From: Octopus vulgaris
Taxonomy: Eukaryota
Assembly (NCBI GenBank): GCA_951406725.2
Contig: OX597817.1
Span: 109,368,001 to 109,432,000, forward strand
Length of the DNA: 64,000 bases
Direction: 5' to 3'
The position numbers and the translations under genes were made by a program. The notes below the pieces were generated by a model that had not been told where the DNA came from, ran no database searches, and saw only the letters and a program-made list of their open reading frames with translations. Shown one piece after another: positions 1-14,856 of the stretch. Positions within the stretch are counted from its first letter, which is position 1, and every line of letters begins with the position of its first letter.

Positions 1-59
1 CGTGTGTGGATGTGTGTGAGCGTGAGACCGTATGTATGTATGTATTAAGCACAAACATA

Positions 60-420
60 TAGCCCCATGTATCCCAAATACTCACACACACAGACACATC
101 CGCGCACACACACATACATACATACATGCATACATACATACATACATACATACATACATACATACATACATACATACATGCATACATACATACATACATG
201 CATACATACATATATACATACATACATAAATGCATACATACATACCTACATACATACATACATGCATACATACATACATACATACATATAGATAGAGACA
301 GACCAAGAAATAGGCAAAGAAATAGAGAGAGAAAGAGATCAATAGACAGAAAGACAGACAAGTAGGCAGGCAGGCAGGCAGGAAGGCAGACAGACAGACA
401 GAAAGATAGCAAGATAGATA
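60..420. repeat. (CA)n/(TACA)n/(GACA)n compound microsatellite
   Basis: Direct tandem repeats; source of the spurious YIHT/MYVC ORFs. Confidence 0.95.
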
Positions 421-3400
421 GCTCTTTGATTCAATTAATTAAAATTATGTCGCTTAAATCAAACGGTAATCTGATGTTATTTTATAAATGACTGCATTTT
501 GTTTAAAATATAACACTCTTTTAGATTACGAGTGAGCATGTGCAGAGTAGTCGGTTTCTTTTTGTATCCTACACAATAGATGAGGTAGAATGGGGTCTAG
601 TGTTGAAGTTTTGTAAATACATTTTGTGCTGAATGCAATTATCTCATGATTGCCAGTATGAATGTTTTATTTGCTGTTTCGCTGTAGATAAAATAATTTT
701 AAATATTACCCTATATATTTGTATTGAGTCCTACATTCAAATAATACCACCATTTTCCTATCATTCACAAACGTTTTTTAACTATGTGTTTTTGTGTGTG
801 CGTGCGTATGTATGTGCGTGCGTATGTGTGTGCGTGTATGTATACATATATACATGAACGTATGTACACTTTTATACTTCGTGATGCATCGGCGAAGTAT
901 ATAAACATCGCTGACAATTACAACAATTTACAAATAATCCCTAATTATTTTCAGGTCGATAATGTAGTGAAGGGTCGTTGGCATACTGGAAACGATGCTA
1001 TATTCAAGAATTATCATACAAAGTAAAATAAAGTACTTATCGACACTAGGCCATTGTATATGTAAATCAGCTTCTCTGTGTCCAGGCGGTCAAATAAAAG
1101 CTAATATTCCCCCTTCTCATTCCTATAATATATGCAATATTTCCTTAGAACCATTTTTTCTCTTCGTTTTTTTTCCCGTCTAGTATGTTTTGAGTTATTA
1201 CTAAGCAAACTTAATGACTTGAGCAGTTATATAATTACTTGTAAAATTTCGGTATTCGCTACTACTTCTCCTTGTTGCTGTATCATGTTCTTTATGTTCA
1301 TGGCTTGCTTTGAATAAACATGATCCAGTAATGAATCATCAAAATCGTTCTAGCGTATTAATTCCGTCTGTCATTCGCACATCAGAGACATTGCGCTTAG
1401 GTTCCTACTCTTTGTAAGGCGAATAACTTACTTTTAATGAATACTTGGCAGTTATTTACAGCAGATCAAGAGACCAGGTGGGTCCCTCGTTGGCCCGAGA
1501 TTATTCATTATGTCGATAATTCTAAATAGCTTTCTTTTTATTTTGCCCTTGTTTCTTTTCTGAAACTAACTTAACTCGGTGATTTCTTCATGGAGGCTAA
1601 TAGTTGAAACCAATCTATTTTATTATTTACAATTTTTACTCCTTGCACTTTGTACTACAGATGTTTTACACATAATCAGATTGTTTTGAATAGCTTAGAA
1701 AAAGAAAGCGGTAATTTCTGTGCAGATAGAATTGCATGAACGTGTATTAACAAGACAAATTCTATAAATACATAATGTGCAGCTGGAGAATATGCTGTAA
1801 TAACAGCCAAATATATAACTTAATGTGTACTTGATACAAAGAAAATCACATACCTTGAATATATTGTAACATAAAATTTTCTTATATTTGCCATTTATTG
1901 AGTGTGAACTTAGTGTCATTTTCAAACTGTCCATTTTTCCAGTATCTGGCAATGCCTTTCAAAGTGACAAACGAGGTTTTGATTGTAGTTAAGTAACCAG
2001 CTAAAACGAGATAGAAGATAAGAACATGTGATAGCAATAACAAAAATATTCTAATATTCAATATTTATTCCGTTTAAACTAGCAGAAAAAAATGAAATGT
2101 GAGAATTATGTCAAGATGATAACCCTCATATTTGTGCGTACCTGTCAGAAACTTTTCTTATGTTTTGCGTCCTATAAAAATGTGTCATGAACCTGTGGGA
2201 GCCATATAGCTTCCGGGAATGTGTCAGAAGAATTCGCTCACAGACTTCGCGTATTACTGAATAGAAGTTATCTTTAGACCGAAATCTGGCCCAGAATGCT
2301 TGCAGTAAATTGAACTCCCCTAAAGGAGCTAATGAACCAAGGTTAAGAAATCTAACCCTTGTAATAGGTTGCGTTTATCACCCTACAATAGGAACCGTTT
2401 CCCAAATGAGTTTTCGCAAAATTTCTACTTAAATATCCTCCTGCAAAAATTTAGATTTATTTGAAGCTATGATAAAAGGAATTTGCTCAAACTGTCCGTA
2501 GATTGATCGAACCGAGAACTTGTAATTGCAAATCGAAAACCTTAAACACAAATCCATTTTGTCAGCATTGCATTCAGGGAGAAACAAAAATGTATACAGT
2601 AGTTTTGAGAGGTTAGTAGATGATTAAATCGCATCCAGTTAGCTTGTTTCACTTTCGTTTTTACATATAACTTATATATAACAATTGTAAGTAGAAGGCA
2701 AGAAATTGATTGTTTCTAAGGGAAATAAGTATCACTACAGAAAATAGTTAGGTGGGTAATGTTACGCGTGTCTCAAAATTTGATAAACAATTCAGAAAGG
2801 TTAATCATTAATTCATTTAACCTGGGGATAGTCCGCATCATTAATACTAATATCTAATCAAGATGAATTAACTGTCTGGGTGCCGTAAGGGGATATTCAT
2901 ATAGCGATGGTGTCTGGTCTCTAATATTATAAGTTTCACATGTCATTTAGTTGTCAAATATCTCTTATTAGCGAAATTTGGTTTTAAGCCAAGTTTTTCT
3001 ATTGTTCTGTGAAAACTTTATCTTCGTTGTTATTAATATTGCCCGCGTAATGGAATTCTTCATAACATTTTCATATATCCACTTGGTGCACTCAACTTAT
3101 GCAGTACGAGTTTAACGTTATTATTGACGTGTTCGTGTAAACCATTATACACAAATTCTTATCAGAAGTAAGTCATGATCTAATAGTTGCACGGCATACC
3201 CAAGCAAAAATATTAAGAATAAATTTATGAAGGTGTCTTCATATTAACAATTTGATCCTCATCTAAATCTAAACCGAAAACAACGTAAATGAACCGACTT
3301 TCCGCGACCATTCCAACAACGAAACACCTATGCCTTGAATTGTTTCCTAAAAAGTTCAACAGAAATGAAGGAAGAGTATTTATCATGCACTCCAACTCAC

Positions 3401-4029
3401 AGATGATACACTCGCGGCTGATCTATACAACTCGTATGCACACATCCACACATTTGTGTACGCGAGTACTCACACATGGCTTGTACAAAAACGCACCCAT
3501 ACGAGAACTCACCCTTGCAAACACGCACATACGCACCAACGAGCTGATGCCATAACCTTTCACATATAAGCCAGCTTACACGCAGGCACATTAACACATA
3601 CACGCGTGCGTGTATAGCAGGTGCACCTGAATATGCATCAGAGACCCATGCTACGCATTCATAATTCTGGTTTACATACACACACTTCCTCACCCGCAAA
3701 TTCCTTCAAAGATTGGACAGACAGTAAAATGTCAAAAGCTCCCTGTCCAACTGCGCGGTTCAGGAAATTCTCCTTTTAAGGCATATAGTGTCGCTGGAAT
3801 GTCGATCTCACTTTTAAAAACATCATGTAATTCGCTTTGACCTATAGTAGAGCAGGTTCCGGTAGCCACTTTTGACTTCCTGTAACGTCTCCATTAGGTT
3901 GACTGAGCACGACGAGAGGGGTAAGAAGCTTATGAAGTCGCATGGAGCAAAATCAAACTGTATCAAATAATATATGTAACTCCTGCTAAATGTATTGAGT
4001 GCTACTTTCTTTCGTTTGTTCACTAACCC

Positions 4030-4089
<60 letters not shown>

Positions 4090-4467
4090 CAAATGAAAAA
4101 CAGAAGATGGAATATACGAGAATTTATTAATCACAATTGTTTCGACATGTCTAGCATCGTTCCTTCATGAGTGGGACAGTCAACAACTGGTTCAGGAGCA
4201 TAAATCAAACAGCGAGGTACAATTGACGATCCAATAATTTATTTATATTATAATATAAGATAATTTACTACAAATATAATATAAGAGAACACAAACAATT
4301 ATTAAAACACACCAAAAAAGCTAACAATTTGTTTCGACTTATATATATTTTCTTCTATATTAACAATTCAATTCCCTTATTGAATACGCATATTTATATG
4401 GTATTCAACTGACGTACCAGTGAATTGGAGGCTTTACACACCCATTTGAATGAATTCTTGTCTTTTG

Positions 4468-4516
<49 letters not shown>

Positions 4517-4757
4517 CATGTATGTATGTATGTATATACGTGTATGTGTAGGTGTAAGAGTATATGTATGTGCACAAAAGTGTTAGTGTACCAGTGGACT
4601 TTACAAAAGAATTCGTAAATACATGACAATATGACGTGATGCGTTCTTACTTTCTCTAAATGTTACATTTCTTTACAGCCTGAATATTTCTAATATCTAT
4701 GGGGATAAAAATTAAATATTTTACTTAAGAAAATAGTGCTCTCATTACTATATTGAT

Positions 4758-4962
4758 TTCAAATATGGGCACAAGGCCAGTATTAGGGGCGAAGGGAAAA
4801 TTCGATTCCATTGACCACCATGCTCAACTGGTACTTATTTTCTCGACCCCGAAATGATAAAGAGTAAGAACGGCCTCGGCGGAATTTGAACTCAGAACAT
4901 GAACACGACCGAAGTTCCGCTAAGTATTTTACAGGACGCAGTAATGATTCTGCTAGCTTGCC
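4758..4962 (-). mobile_element. tRNA-derived SINE, family A (Nin-domain-like core), decayed
   Basis: Minus strand GGCAAGCTAGCAGAATC...TTCTGAGTTCAAATTCCGCCGAGG...CGGGGTCGAGAAAATAAGTACCAG; similar copies at 11.2, 20.0, 39.5, 49.9 and 50.6 kb. Confidence 0.75.
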
Positions 4963-6386
4963 AATTTGGTTCTCATGATTATATTACCATTTTAAAATAT
5001 TTGGCTCATAACCTGGATTTAGTGAATAAATATTTTCAATTCAAACTAATTCATTCTTCAACTGTTTATGGACAGTGAATATTTAATATGACTGACTTAC
5101 TTGGCCGACATCTGAGCGTCTTCGACTGGCAAAAATTTACTGTTGGAGGCTGACTCAATGTTTGGTGCAAGAATTTTTCTAAATTAACCACAATCGTTAT
5201 AGTTTGGTCCCTCAACTCTAATACAGTAAACTTATGACCAAAAGTATATGAACAATGACCATCCACTTTGCTATTTGGTTAGTCTCCGTCTAGGGTCCCC
5301 TTTGTCTTGTGTTTCCCTCTTCTTTTAACACAGTATGCTGTGATTTGAGGGATATTTAGCTGGGGATTTCTCGTTGACTGCTTCGCCTATGCATAATAAT
5401 ACATAAAGACAAAGATAGGTGAGAAGAAATATAGACAGGTATGCTTCTGTGTAGTTAGCTTAATACACTGAAAGATAGAAAACATTAGCTTTATATTCTT
5501 TTTGATTAGAAGATTTTTTTATTGTTGTACTTGCTGTTTTTTTATATTTGACGCAAATCTAGAACTCAAAATATTGAATGGTATGAAGAAATATTAATAA
5601 ATTCATGAGAAATATTGATTTTTGTGTTTGGATTAATTTCCAGACTATATAGTTTGTTGTCTGAGGAAAATGTTGTATTATAGGATAAACATAGTTCTTA
5701 TAACAATATTGAATCTAACTATTAAGTTTACTAAAACTTTGTGCTAATAATGTTTTACAAACTTTTCTCTAAAAAGATTCATTTTTGGACTTGTTTTCCA
5801 TTGGATTATCCGATTTTTTCATGGAATGGAAAGTTGTTTGAACGTCTTTCTTTAAAATATTTTCAGGGAAATACCTGTCAGTACAGCTAGCAACGGAAAA
5901 TGTGTAAGTTGGCGAGGTAAATGAGCTCAATCAAAAGCTTTATATAGCATCGGCTATACAAATAAAAACAAAATAAAGAGGTGAACTAGATGTTAGTCTT
6001 AGGTTACCAACAAATTTTTAAGTTTGGCTAAATTTTCTTTTCTTTCGTTTGAGAATTAAAGTTTTAATAACAGACGAAATATAAATATTCCGAATTCCAT
6101 AAGAATATTCGAAAACAAGTTGTGTATGTTTAAGTTATTAGCTTAAAATCCTTCCAAATGATGTTCTGGTATCTTATTTTGCGTTGATTGCAGTAATTTT
6201 TCTAAACAAAGCCCACAATGAAGTCGGCGGGGGTGTAATGGCAATATGCCCGCGTTTATACTCTACTATATTATTTTTTTTTGCTTGCTAAATAAAGACG
6301 GTCATGAGGAATTTATGTAATGTATCTGATGTATGGCTAACATACAAGGGGGCACGCTTCGACGTTGCACATTTATTCTATTCATT

Positions 6387-6800
6387 TATTCTTTTACTTG
6401 TTTCAGTCATTTGACTGCGACCATGCTCGAGCACCGCCTTTAGTCGAGCAAATCGACCCCGGGACTTATTCTTTGTAAGCCCAGTGCTTATTCTATCGGT
6501 CTCTTTTTGCCGAACACCTAAGTTACGGGGACGTAAACACACCAGCATCGGTTGTCAAGTAATGCTAGAGGGACAAACACAGATACACAAACACACACAC
6601 ACACACATATATATATATATGTATATATATATACATATATACGACAGGCTTCTTTCAGTTTCCGTCTACCAAATCCACTCACAAGGCATTGGTCGGCCCG
6701 GGGCTATAGCAGAAGACACTTGCCCAAGATGCCACGCAGTGGGACTGAACCCGGAACCATGTGGTTGGTTAGCAAGCTACTTACCACACAGCCACTCCTG
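6387..6800 (-). mobile_element. tRNA-derived SINE, family B, with internal (CA)/(TA) microsatellite
   Basis: Minus-strand head AGGAGTGGCTGTGTGGTAAG (A box)...GGTTCAGTCCC (B box); closely similar copies at 20.6 and 62.7 kb. Confidence 0.85.
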
Positions 6801-9029
6801 CACCTATGTATGCTTTTATCGCCAATAATAACATTAATGCCTGTTTTCATGAATAAAGATTGAAGTTTTCTTTTAAATATATAGAAAATTAAGTAAAACC
6901 TTTAAAGTACATAAAATTCTTAGCTTGCTCTAAAATAAACCTCAAAGTATTTGAGTCTAACAACTAAGAGAAAACAAACTAGTACGTTCCAATTCGGAGC
7001 CAGGGTAAGACAGTTTATATATCTGTTCATATTGTAATAAATCATTTGTTAATTTAGAACTAGGTAAAAATTGCAATGTTCACTCTAAGATTCATAACAC
7101 CAGAATTATTTTATAAGTTTGGAAACGTTATGCTACAAACTTATTCACACGTTGATGAACGTTGATCCTCATACATTACATAATTAACCTACAAATATCA
7201 GTTCGTTCGTATAACTACTGAATGATGTATATAAATGACTGAGAGAGCATACGTGCTTTCAACAGCGTTGAAATTGGACGTGAATCCATTAGGTCGAAAT
7301 TACAGTCTTATTGTCATTAGACCTGCATGTTCATATTGTTTCTAACGCTTAACTTATTATGTAACAAGACTACTGGTATATTCTTGTAAAGAATAACCCA
7401 TTTTCTATATTTTATGTTAATTACTTTTCCTTAAATCACTATAATTTAATTGTTGCCAGAAATATTAACTAACATTGATTTTTTTCACTTTCTGTATGCC
7501 TATTCTTGTATACGTAACCTCTGGATATTTGTGCTTTATGGGAAACCTAGAAATTTTATGCATGTGCTTTTCTTTTTTAATATTTTCTGCTTCGTGCAAA
7601 TGATATAGTGGTAATATAAATACGTAGCTATGAACGAGTTCAATAATAATGTCACGGCCAATTCCAGTTATTTTTACATCTATGTTTTGAGCGTAAAAAT
7701 AACCAGAATTCGACTTATTATTATTTCAATCTAATTGTTATGAAATAAAAATATATGAAGTGAAATTTTCTTCCTTTTTGTTAGATTGAAATGTGTTTTC
7801 AACAAATAAAATGAGGCACCAATTTTAGAAATCAATTTTCTTCCTTTCTTTCTTCAGTACTTCTAAATAAGGAATTCATAATTCAAAGAATATCTAAATG
7901 TATTTTACATTTTCCTTTGACTTAGACTCCGAATGATCAGATGAAGTAGTCAATGTATTTATGGCATTGTTCTTTTCTTCGGAAGATATCAGGTTTGCTC
8001 TGGTATAATAGAATGTGTTTGCTAAATGAGCAAACATTCCCTTCAGGAGTTTTTTTCTTTGTTATTTTTCTAACAGTGAATGGGTTTTCCATACAGAAAT
8101 TCAATACACAATCACCAATAATCAATACTTCTTAACCTCAAAATTACCACTGGAACCAGTATTCTCTCGCCTTATTAAAATAGAGTGCTTTATCAGTTAT
8201 TGTAATTTATTTTAACTTCAGAAATATCCATTGTAGCATTAGTGAAATGCCTCAAAAAATTCTATTTTGTAGTAACCTCTTTGTATAAAATGATATTATG
8301 CATTAGAATAATATTAGTGAGTTTAAATAACATTATATTACAATATCCTGTTATTTGCATGTATTAAATAATCACAATAATATTAGCTAATAATAAACAT
8401 TATCACCTAGTACATTAGCAATGTTTTCCCATCTCATTCGTTTTCATTATCCTTGCCTCCAATAACAGTCTTCGTGCAATGTAACACCGCAATCTTCAAT
8501 AAGGCAACATAGTCTATCGGCAAAACAATATTATCCGCCAATAAAATAATATTTTTTCTTCTAGCGGTGATTGAAATGCTAACGCTTCTACAAAACAGCC
8601 ACACACTTTAATTCTTCTTTAGTTTGCACAGAGGAGTGTATGAACGGTTGTCTAAGTTGATTAAAAAGTAATTTCTTCAAATAAGTTGTTTAAGTGTTTG
8701 TAAATAGTCTTTGTTGATGCAATATCGTACTGTTTCTAAACCAGTTGTTCTGTTGTTACAAAAACGCACCAACTGATTATGAAATTATGAGTTGATGTCC
8801 ACTTATTTTCAATTGCTGTAATTATAACTGCACGATAATGTGTTTTGATATAGCGCTATTGCTGGGATTTTCAAATATTCAGGGAATAAATTATGAATTA
8901 TTTTTAATTCTGTTTAAACTAAGATTCTTTATCTCATTAAAGAATTTCTCTTTATTTCAATAACAAAAATAACAGTTGACACTAAACAAAAATAATTTAT
9001 ATATATATATAGCCACCCATATATATGTA

Positions 9030-9142
<113 letters not shown>

Positions 9143-9399
9143 TCTGGCATTCTACAAATCAAAGTTATTTTTCATTTCAATAACAACGCCAGAAATTATA
9201 CAGTAGACATGGGCTAATAATTATATGTAAACGGTATGTGTCACGAAACTTATAAACCTATATCATGACAGCTGTCATCTTCTATTTTGTTAAATTAGTA
9301 AAGAAAAGGCCACTAATTTACCTCCATATGACCTTGTTACAATCTTTCCTTGGCTTACGTTTCCTTAAATTAGAGTCCCATTCCTGAAAGATGTATAGA

Positions 9400-9810
9400 A
9401 TAGGAGGAGAAATAGTAGGATGACGAGTGAAATTAAAAGGAGGGAGGATGAGGTAAGAGAAAGAATGAGAAGAGAAGGAGGCGAGGAAAAGGGGGAGGGG
9501 ACAGAAGAAAGGTGGAAAGGAGGAGGGGAGATAGCGTGGAGGAGAGAAGAAATAGATGGAGGAAGAGGAGGAGGGTAAGAAGGGAAAGAAATAAGGAGAC
9601 AAGGAGAGGGAGACAAGGAGAGGGAGACAAGGAGAGATACGGAGAGGGAGGGAAAGAATGGAGTGAGGAGGTAGAGGTGGAGGAAGAGAAGGGGAGAAAG
9701 AAGAAGAGAAAAATGAGAGCGTGAAGGTCGAGAAGGAAGGAGAGAAAAGGAGAGGATATAGGTAGAGGAGGAAGAAGGAAAAGAAAAGGTGTAGGTGGAG
9801 GAGGGAGATG
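9400..9810. repeat. Purine-rich (GA/GGA) low-complexity tract
   Basis: Almost only G and A on the + strand. Confidence 0.85.
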
Positions 9811-10269
9811 TCTTCAGGCGGTCGGCATCAATGCAGTAGGAGGGTCAAAAGAAAACCCTGTCGATAAACACCCAACTATTTTCAATAATTATCGATACCT
9901 GAACACAAGTGCACCGAACAAGTTGTTGAGTTCAGTACAAATTCTCTCTCGGCACACTGCTTTACATTAGCATCGGCGTTAGAACTTAACACTTAACAAC
10001 CAGAAATGCTGCATGTCCAAGAATGTAATCTCCCACTATTCAATCAGACAGTACGAGCATCGGTTCTACTGCTCTAAGATATCAATATTAATAAATATGT
10101 TAGAATATAATGAATCATCTTCGCTGATATTGGCAAATGCTTGCTTTGAAAAGTCCTTAATTCGACTTCCCACTCAACCATATATGAAATAATTCAATAT
10201 TCGCTATGAATACATGATATATATACATGCATATGTATGTATGTATCTATGTATCTATGTATGTATGTA

Positions 10270-10317
<48 letters not shown>

Positions 10318-10369
10318 TATACACGTAAATATGTGTGTACATATATACATATGTATATATGCATATACG

Positions 10370-10414
<45 letters not shown>

Positions 10415-11204
10415 CCATAATATACATATATACATATATACATATGTGTGCATGTGTGTGTGATCTCTAAAAAGTTGATTAAGCAGTAGTATGACACCAT
10501 CTCTATGCACATCTATCCATCAAAGATGGATACACGTACACATATATGTATATGTATGCATACAGACGTAAATATTTGTATATCTAAATATATACATATG
10601 CATGTGGGTATGTGTTTATGTGTGTGTGTATGTGTGTGCGTGCGTGCATGCGTTATGTATACATGCAGTATATACGTAAAAAGCATATAGCTGGATGCAA
10701 GACGTATTAAGCTACACTACATCCCATAGAAAAGTAAACAATATGACCAATAATAAAAAGTGATTTTCTGACGATGGAAAAGGATAACATTTTATTAACC
10801 TATTAATTTTATTACCCAGCAACAATGAAAATGAAACAAATTTCCTTTTTTGCATGGTACAAGCCGCTTTTTGATACATATGATTAAACACAATTTTCCA
10901 ATTTCTAAGTCTAGCGCTCGGTTGAATTGACACGCATTTGATAATTCTCTTTCAATTTTTCATGTCATTTAGCATAAAGGTTTTCATTTTTTTTATAAAA
11001 TGCGTAACTATCAATAGTACAGTTAAAACCACCATAACATAAAAGTATGGAAGCAATAGCTTCATTTTAATGCAAATTCACCAGTTTACAGGGGTCGTTC
11101 GAATGACTTTGGATTGGCTAACCATAAAGTCTATCAAATTTGTATTTGGATTAAAAATGTAAGGAGTGTTATTACATGCAATTATATTGTTACTAATAAT
11201 AGTT

Positions 11205-11413
11205 TCAAATTTGCACACAAGGCTAGCAAGGTCGGGTGGTGTGTCGATTGCAATTACATCGACCCCAGTACTCGACTGGTACATATTTTATCGGCCCGGA
11301 AAGGATCAAAGGCAAAGTCGACTTCGGCGGAACTTGAACTGAGAACATAAAGACGGATGGTATGCTGTTAAGTATTATGCCCGGCTTGCTAAATATTCTT
11401 TCAGATCGCCACC
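11205..11413 (-). mobile_element. SINE family A copy
   Basis: Similar to 4758-4962 and 50600-50810. Confidence 0.75.
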
Positions 11414-11691
11414 TTATATAATGTTGCTAATAATGTAAACATATTTTGTCCGGCTCTCTACCGGTTCAGAATTGATTTGCAAATTCTTGTTCTGCTTTAG
11501 ACAAAACCAACTTCTGTCATTTAGTTCAAGCTTCTACTTTCTAATTTCGATTTCCGAACTGTTCGATTTAGCCCACCTTTCTTCAGATTTCCATAAGCGA
11601 TCCGAAAGAATTCAAATACAGACTTCGTCTAATGCACGGGTACACACATACATGTATATGTATATGTATACGTATCTGAACGTTGGTATAA

Positions 11692-11941
<250 letters not shown>

Positions 11942-14556
11942 GCATACAAGTTTTCTCTACGGCTATGTCAAGGGTTGGAAGGCCAAGAAGTTATCGATTA
12001 CATCTGTTGCTTCTACATAAGCACCTAAAAATAATTATCATGGTAAATAACACCAAGTCATACACGCTTGCAAATAATGGCGGCAGATGTATGAGTTGGT
12101 ATAATGTGACAAAGCCGGCACGCAGCGAAACTTTAAAGATATTGCCAAATTTTAGCTGTACAAAAATAAATGAATTGATGTGCAACATAGAGAGGGAATT
12201 GTCCACTATACTTGCTATAATTATAAAGAAATAAAATAGGTTAAACCTCTCACAGAGTGACGATAATGTCAATTCTTAATAATTTGGTAGTTTATCAAGA
12301 TACCGGAATCAATTATTTGATAAATAATTTCGTAGGTACTTATATATTATTTAATGCCTGGGAGAATGAGGTAATTTCGAAGATGGTGTTATAAACATAC
12401 CACATAGGAACATGTCTACAATGTTAGGAAGAAACTCTATATAATAAATACCGTTGTTACTTGAATTTTTTCTGGACTGCCTCTACTAAGTTACTTGTTG
12501 AACTTCTAAACTTTTAGTAGTAGATTGCATTTTCCGTCATTTAGTGACATCATGGCATATTGAATCACTTTGTCTGTATAAACAATCGTAGTTATAATTT
12601 TCTGTAGAAGCTGACAATAAACCTAATTCACCTAATTCATGCAGCGTCTTTTCAACAGACATTTGTAAGTTGTTATTATTGTTCTTCATTCCAAGACCTT
12701 GTTTCAAACTGCATTATTTTTCGAAATAATGACATTACTTCATAATTTGTCTAATGTTGAAACTGTTCAAAACAAGCTGGGTTTGCAACGCGGCCGACTT
12801 TGCAAATTTGACGTTCTTGCTGAGAAGTATATTCATACGGTTTCTTTGATTTTGAGATAAGCTACTCTAAACAGTGCGATTTCTTCATAAAGGATTTAAA
12901 ATGATTATTTTGATTAATTTCTCTCACACAATCACTTACATCTTCTAAACCGTGATTAACACAGTGCCAAATTTGAACATCAGGATGATGTATATTGAGA
13001 ATTATTTCACACCAAATTTGACACAAAATATTACAGTCGACCCATCACTAAAAAATGCAACTAAGTTCTCTTTCAAATAAGCGTCATCAAACTTATGGTT
13101 GATGAGATAGTTCAAAAGACATTTAGCAATAGTTAAGAAGCTCAATTACACTGAAAAGCATCAAATAGGGATCCTCTTCTTTACCACTTTTACATTTCAA
13201 ACAAGCTATTAGCGTCGCATTAATACTCAGAAATGTTATTATACGTCAAGGGAAGCAGATATTTCGCCATTTATCTCCTTTATATGCAGGCACTTTTTCA
13301 TTTTCGTATTAATGGTTATCTTTGAAAAGAGCATGTCCAATTCCAAATGTCAATATAATTTTCTTTTGAACTTCCAGGAAGCCAAAATGATCAGTGTCTG
13401 ATCTGGTGCTTCGAGTTAAATATGTAGAAAAATAAATTAACAACTTTCGTTTAGATGTGAAGTATTCATGGTGTAACATAAAATTCCGAGAGCATCTTCA
13501 CAAATTCTCTTTTATGCTCTTAGGGAAGTTACGTATTCTGTTACTTTGTGAACAATGTTTTTGTGAGAGATTTCAAACGTGTACTTAGATCGGTTTCATA
13601 AAATATTACTTGGTACATCTACTGTTCATATGACACCCATTGACCATTACAGGTAAAGTGCTTCTGAAACATAAGTTTATCTTCTTAATCGGGGATATGT
13701 TTCCTTTCTTTCTTCCACGTTTCTTCAGCCCGCACATCTAAAAAAGGATATACGCTTCACTTAGAAGATCTGTTACTTCCAAAAATATATTTGGACACCT
13801 TAAGAAAATTTGAACTAAAAGCAGGCGAAACACAACATTTGTTACTAATAGTTTCATGTAAGTTATTACTGTTATATCCACTCGGGTTGTTCATGGAAAA
13901 AAGTGGTTAATATTGTTTCCACAGAATCAAAAGGGTTGCTACTGAGATACATTTTCTTTCGTATTAGCGAGTAAACCACAAAGCACCATCAACAGATATG
14001 TAGTCTTCCTAGTGTATCACCGCTGACAATAGGGCATGTTGCAGAGTTAGACTGAAACAAATGATAAACGGGCAAAATGTCTCCGTCTCATAGATCATTT
14101 TCACTATCGGTTTTGCTAATGTTTTGCATAAATCACTTCACCGACATAATCGCTTGCATATATCAATCAGAAACAAAACGCTGTTTATTGCAAAATGTGA
14201 TGTTTTCTTTTCCTACCTATAATCGACAAGGGATTTACAAAGTATATTCAAAATCGGGAGCGTTGAGAATTAGTATTTTATAAATAATATTCGAAGATTC
14301 GAAACTAGTGGTCTGCAAGAAATGCAGTCAAGTTGCAACAATCCTCGTAGCAGAGCAAGGTGGAATGTGTTTCAAACAGAAAAGTGTTGACGTTCAATAT
14401 TTACATAAATTATCATAGTGATAGTTATGTTTTAAAAAATTGTATGTACATGTATATATACACATACATGCGAGAGCGGTACTCCGCTGAAGCCTGAAAG
14501 TAATGCAACACCATTTATCTTTACATCTACTTATACATACACTTATATATACATAC

Positions 14557-14611
<55 letters not shown>

Positions 14612-14677
14612 GGTCCCGGGTTGATTCGGGGTTAACCACAGTAAATAAGGTACTCAATACATAGCAGAGTAAAATTA

Positions 14678-14803
14678 ATTTATTATATAGAAGGAGCTTC
14701 TACAGGACTAGAACTGTTTCATTCAAGAGAAATCTTCAGGAAGCTTCCTGAAGATTTCTCTTGAATGAAACAGTTCTAGTCCTGTAGAAGCTCCTTCTAT
14801 ATA

Positions 14804-14809
<6 letters not shown>
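14678..14809. repeat. Perfect 132-bp palindrome centred on AAGCTT, within a short insert between (TA)n tracts
   Basis: Arms 14678-14743 and 14744-14809 are exact reverse complements. Confidence 0.9.
14742..14792 (+). ncRNA. Type I hammerhead ribozyme motif (mirror copy on - strand at 14695-14745)
   Basis: AGCUUC-CUGAAGA-U.UUC ucuu GAA.U-GAAACAG uucuaguc CUGUA^GAAGCU; 6-bp stem I, stem III ACAG/CUGU, weak stem II. Confidence 0.65.
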
Positions 14810-14854
<45 letters not shown>

Positions 14855-14856
<2 letters not shown>

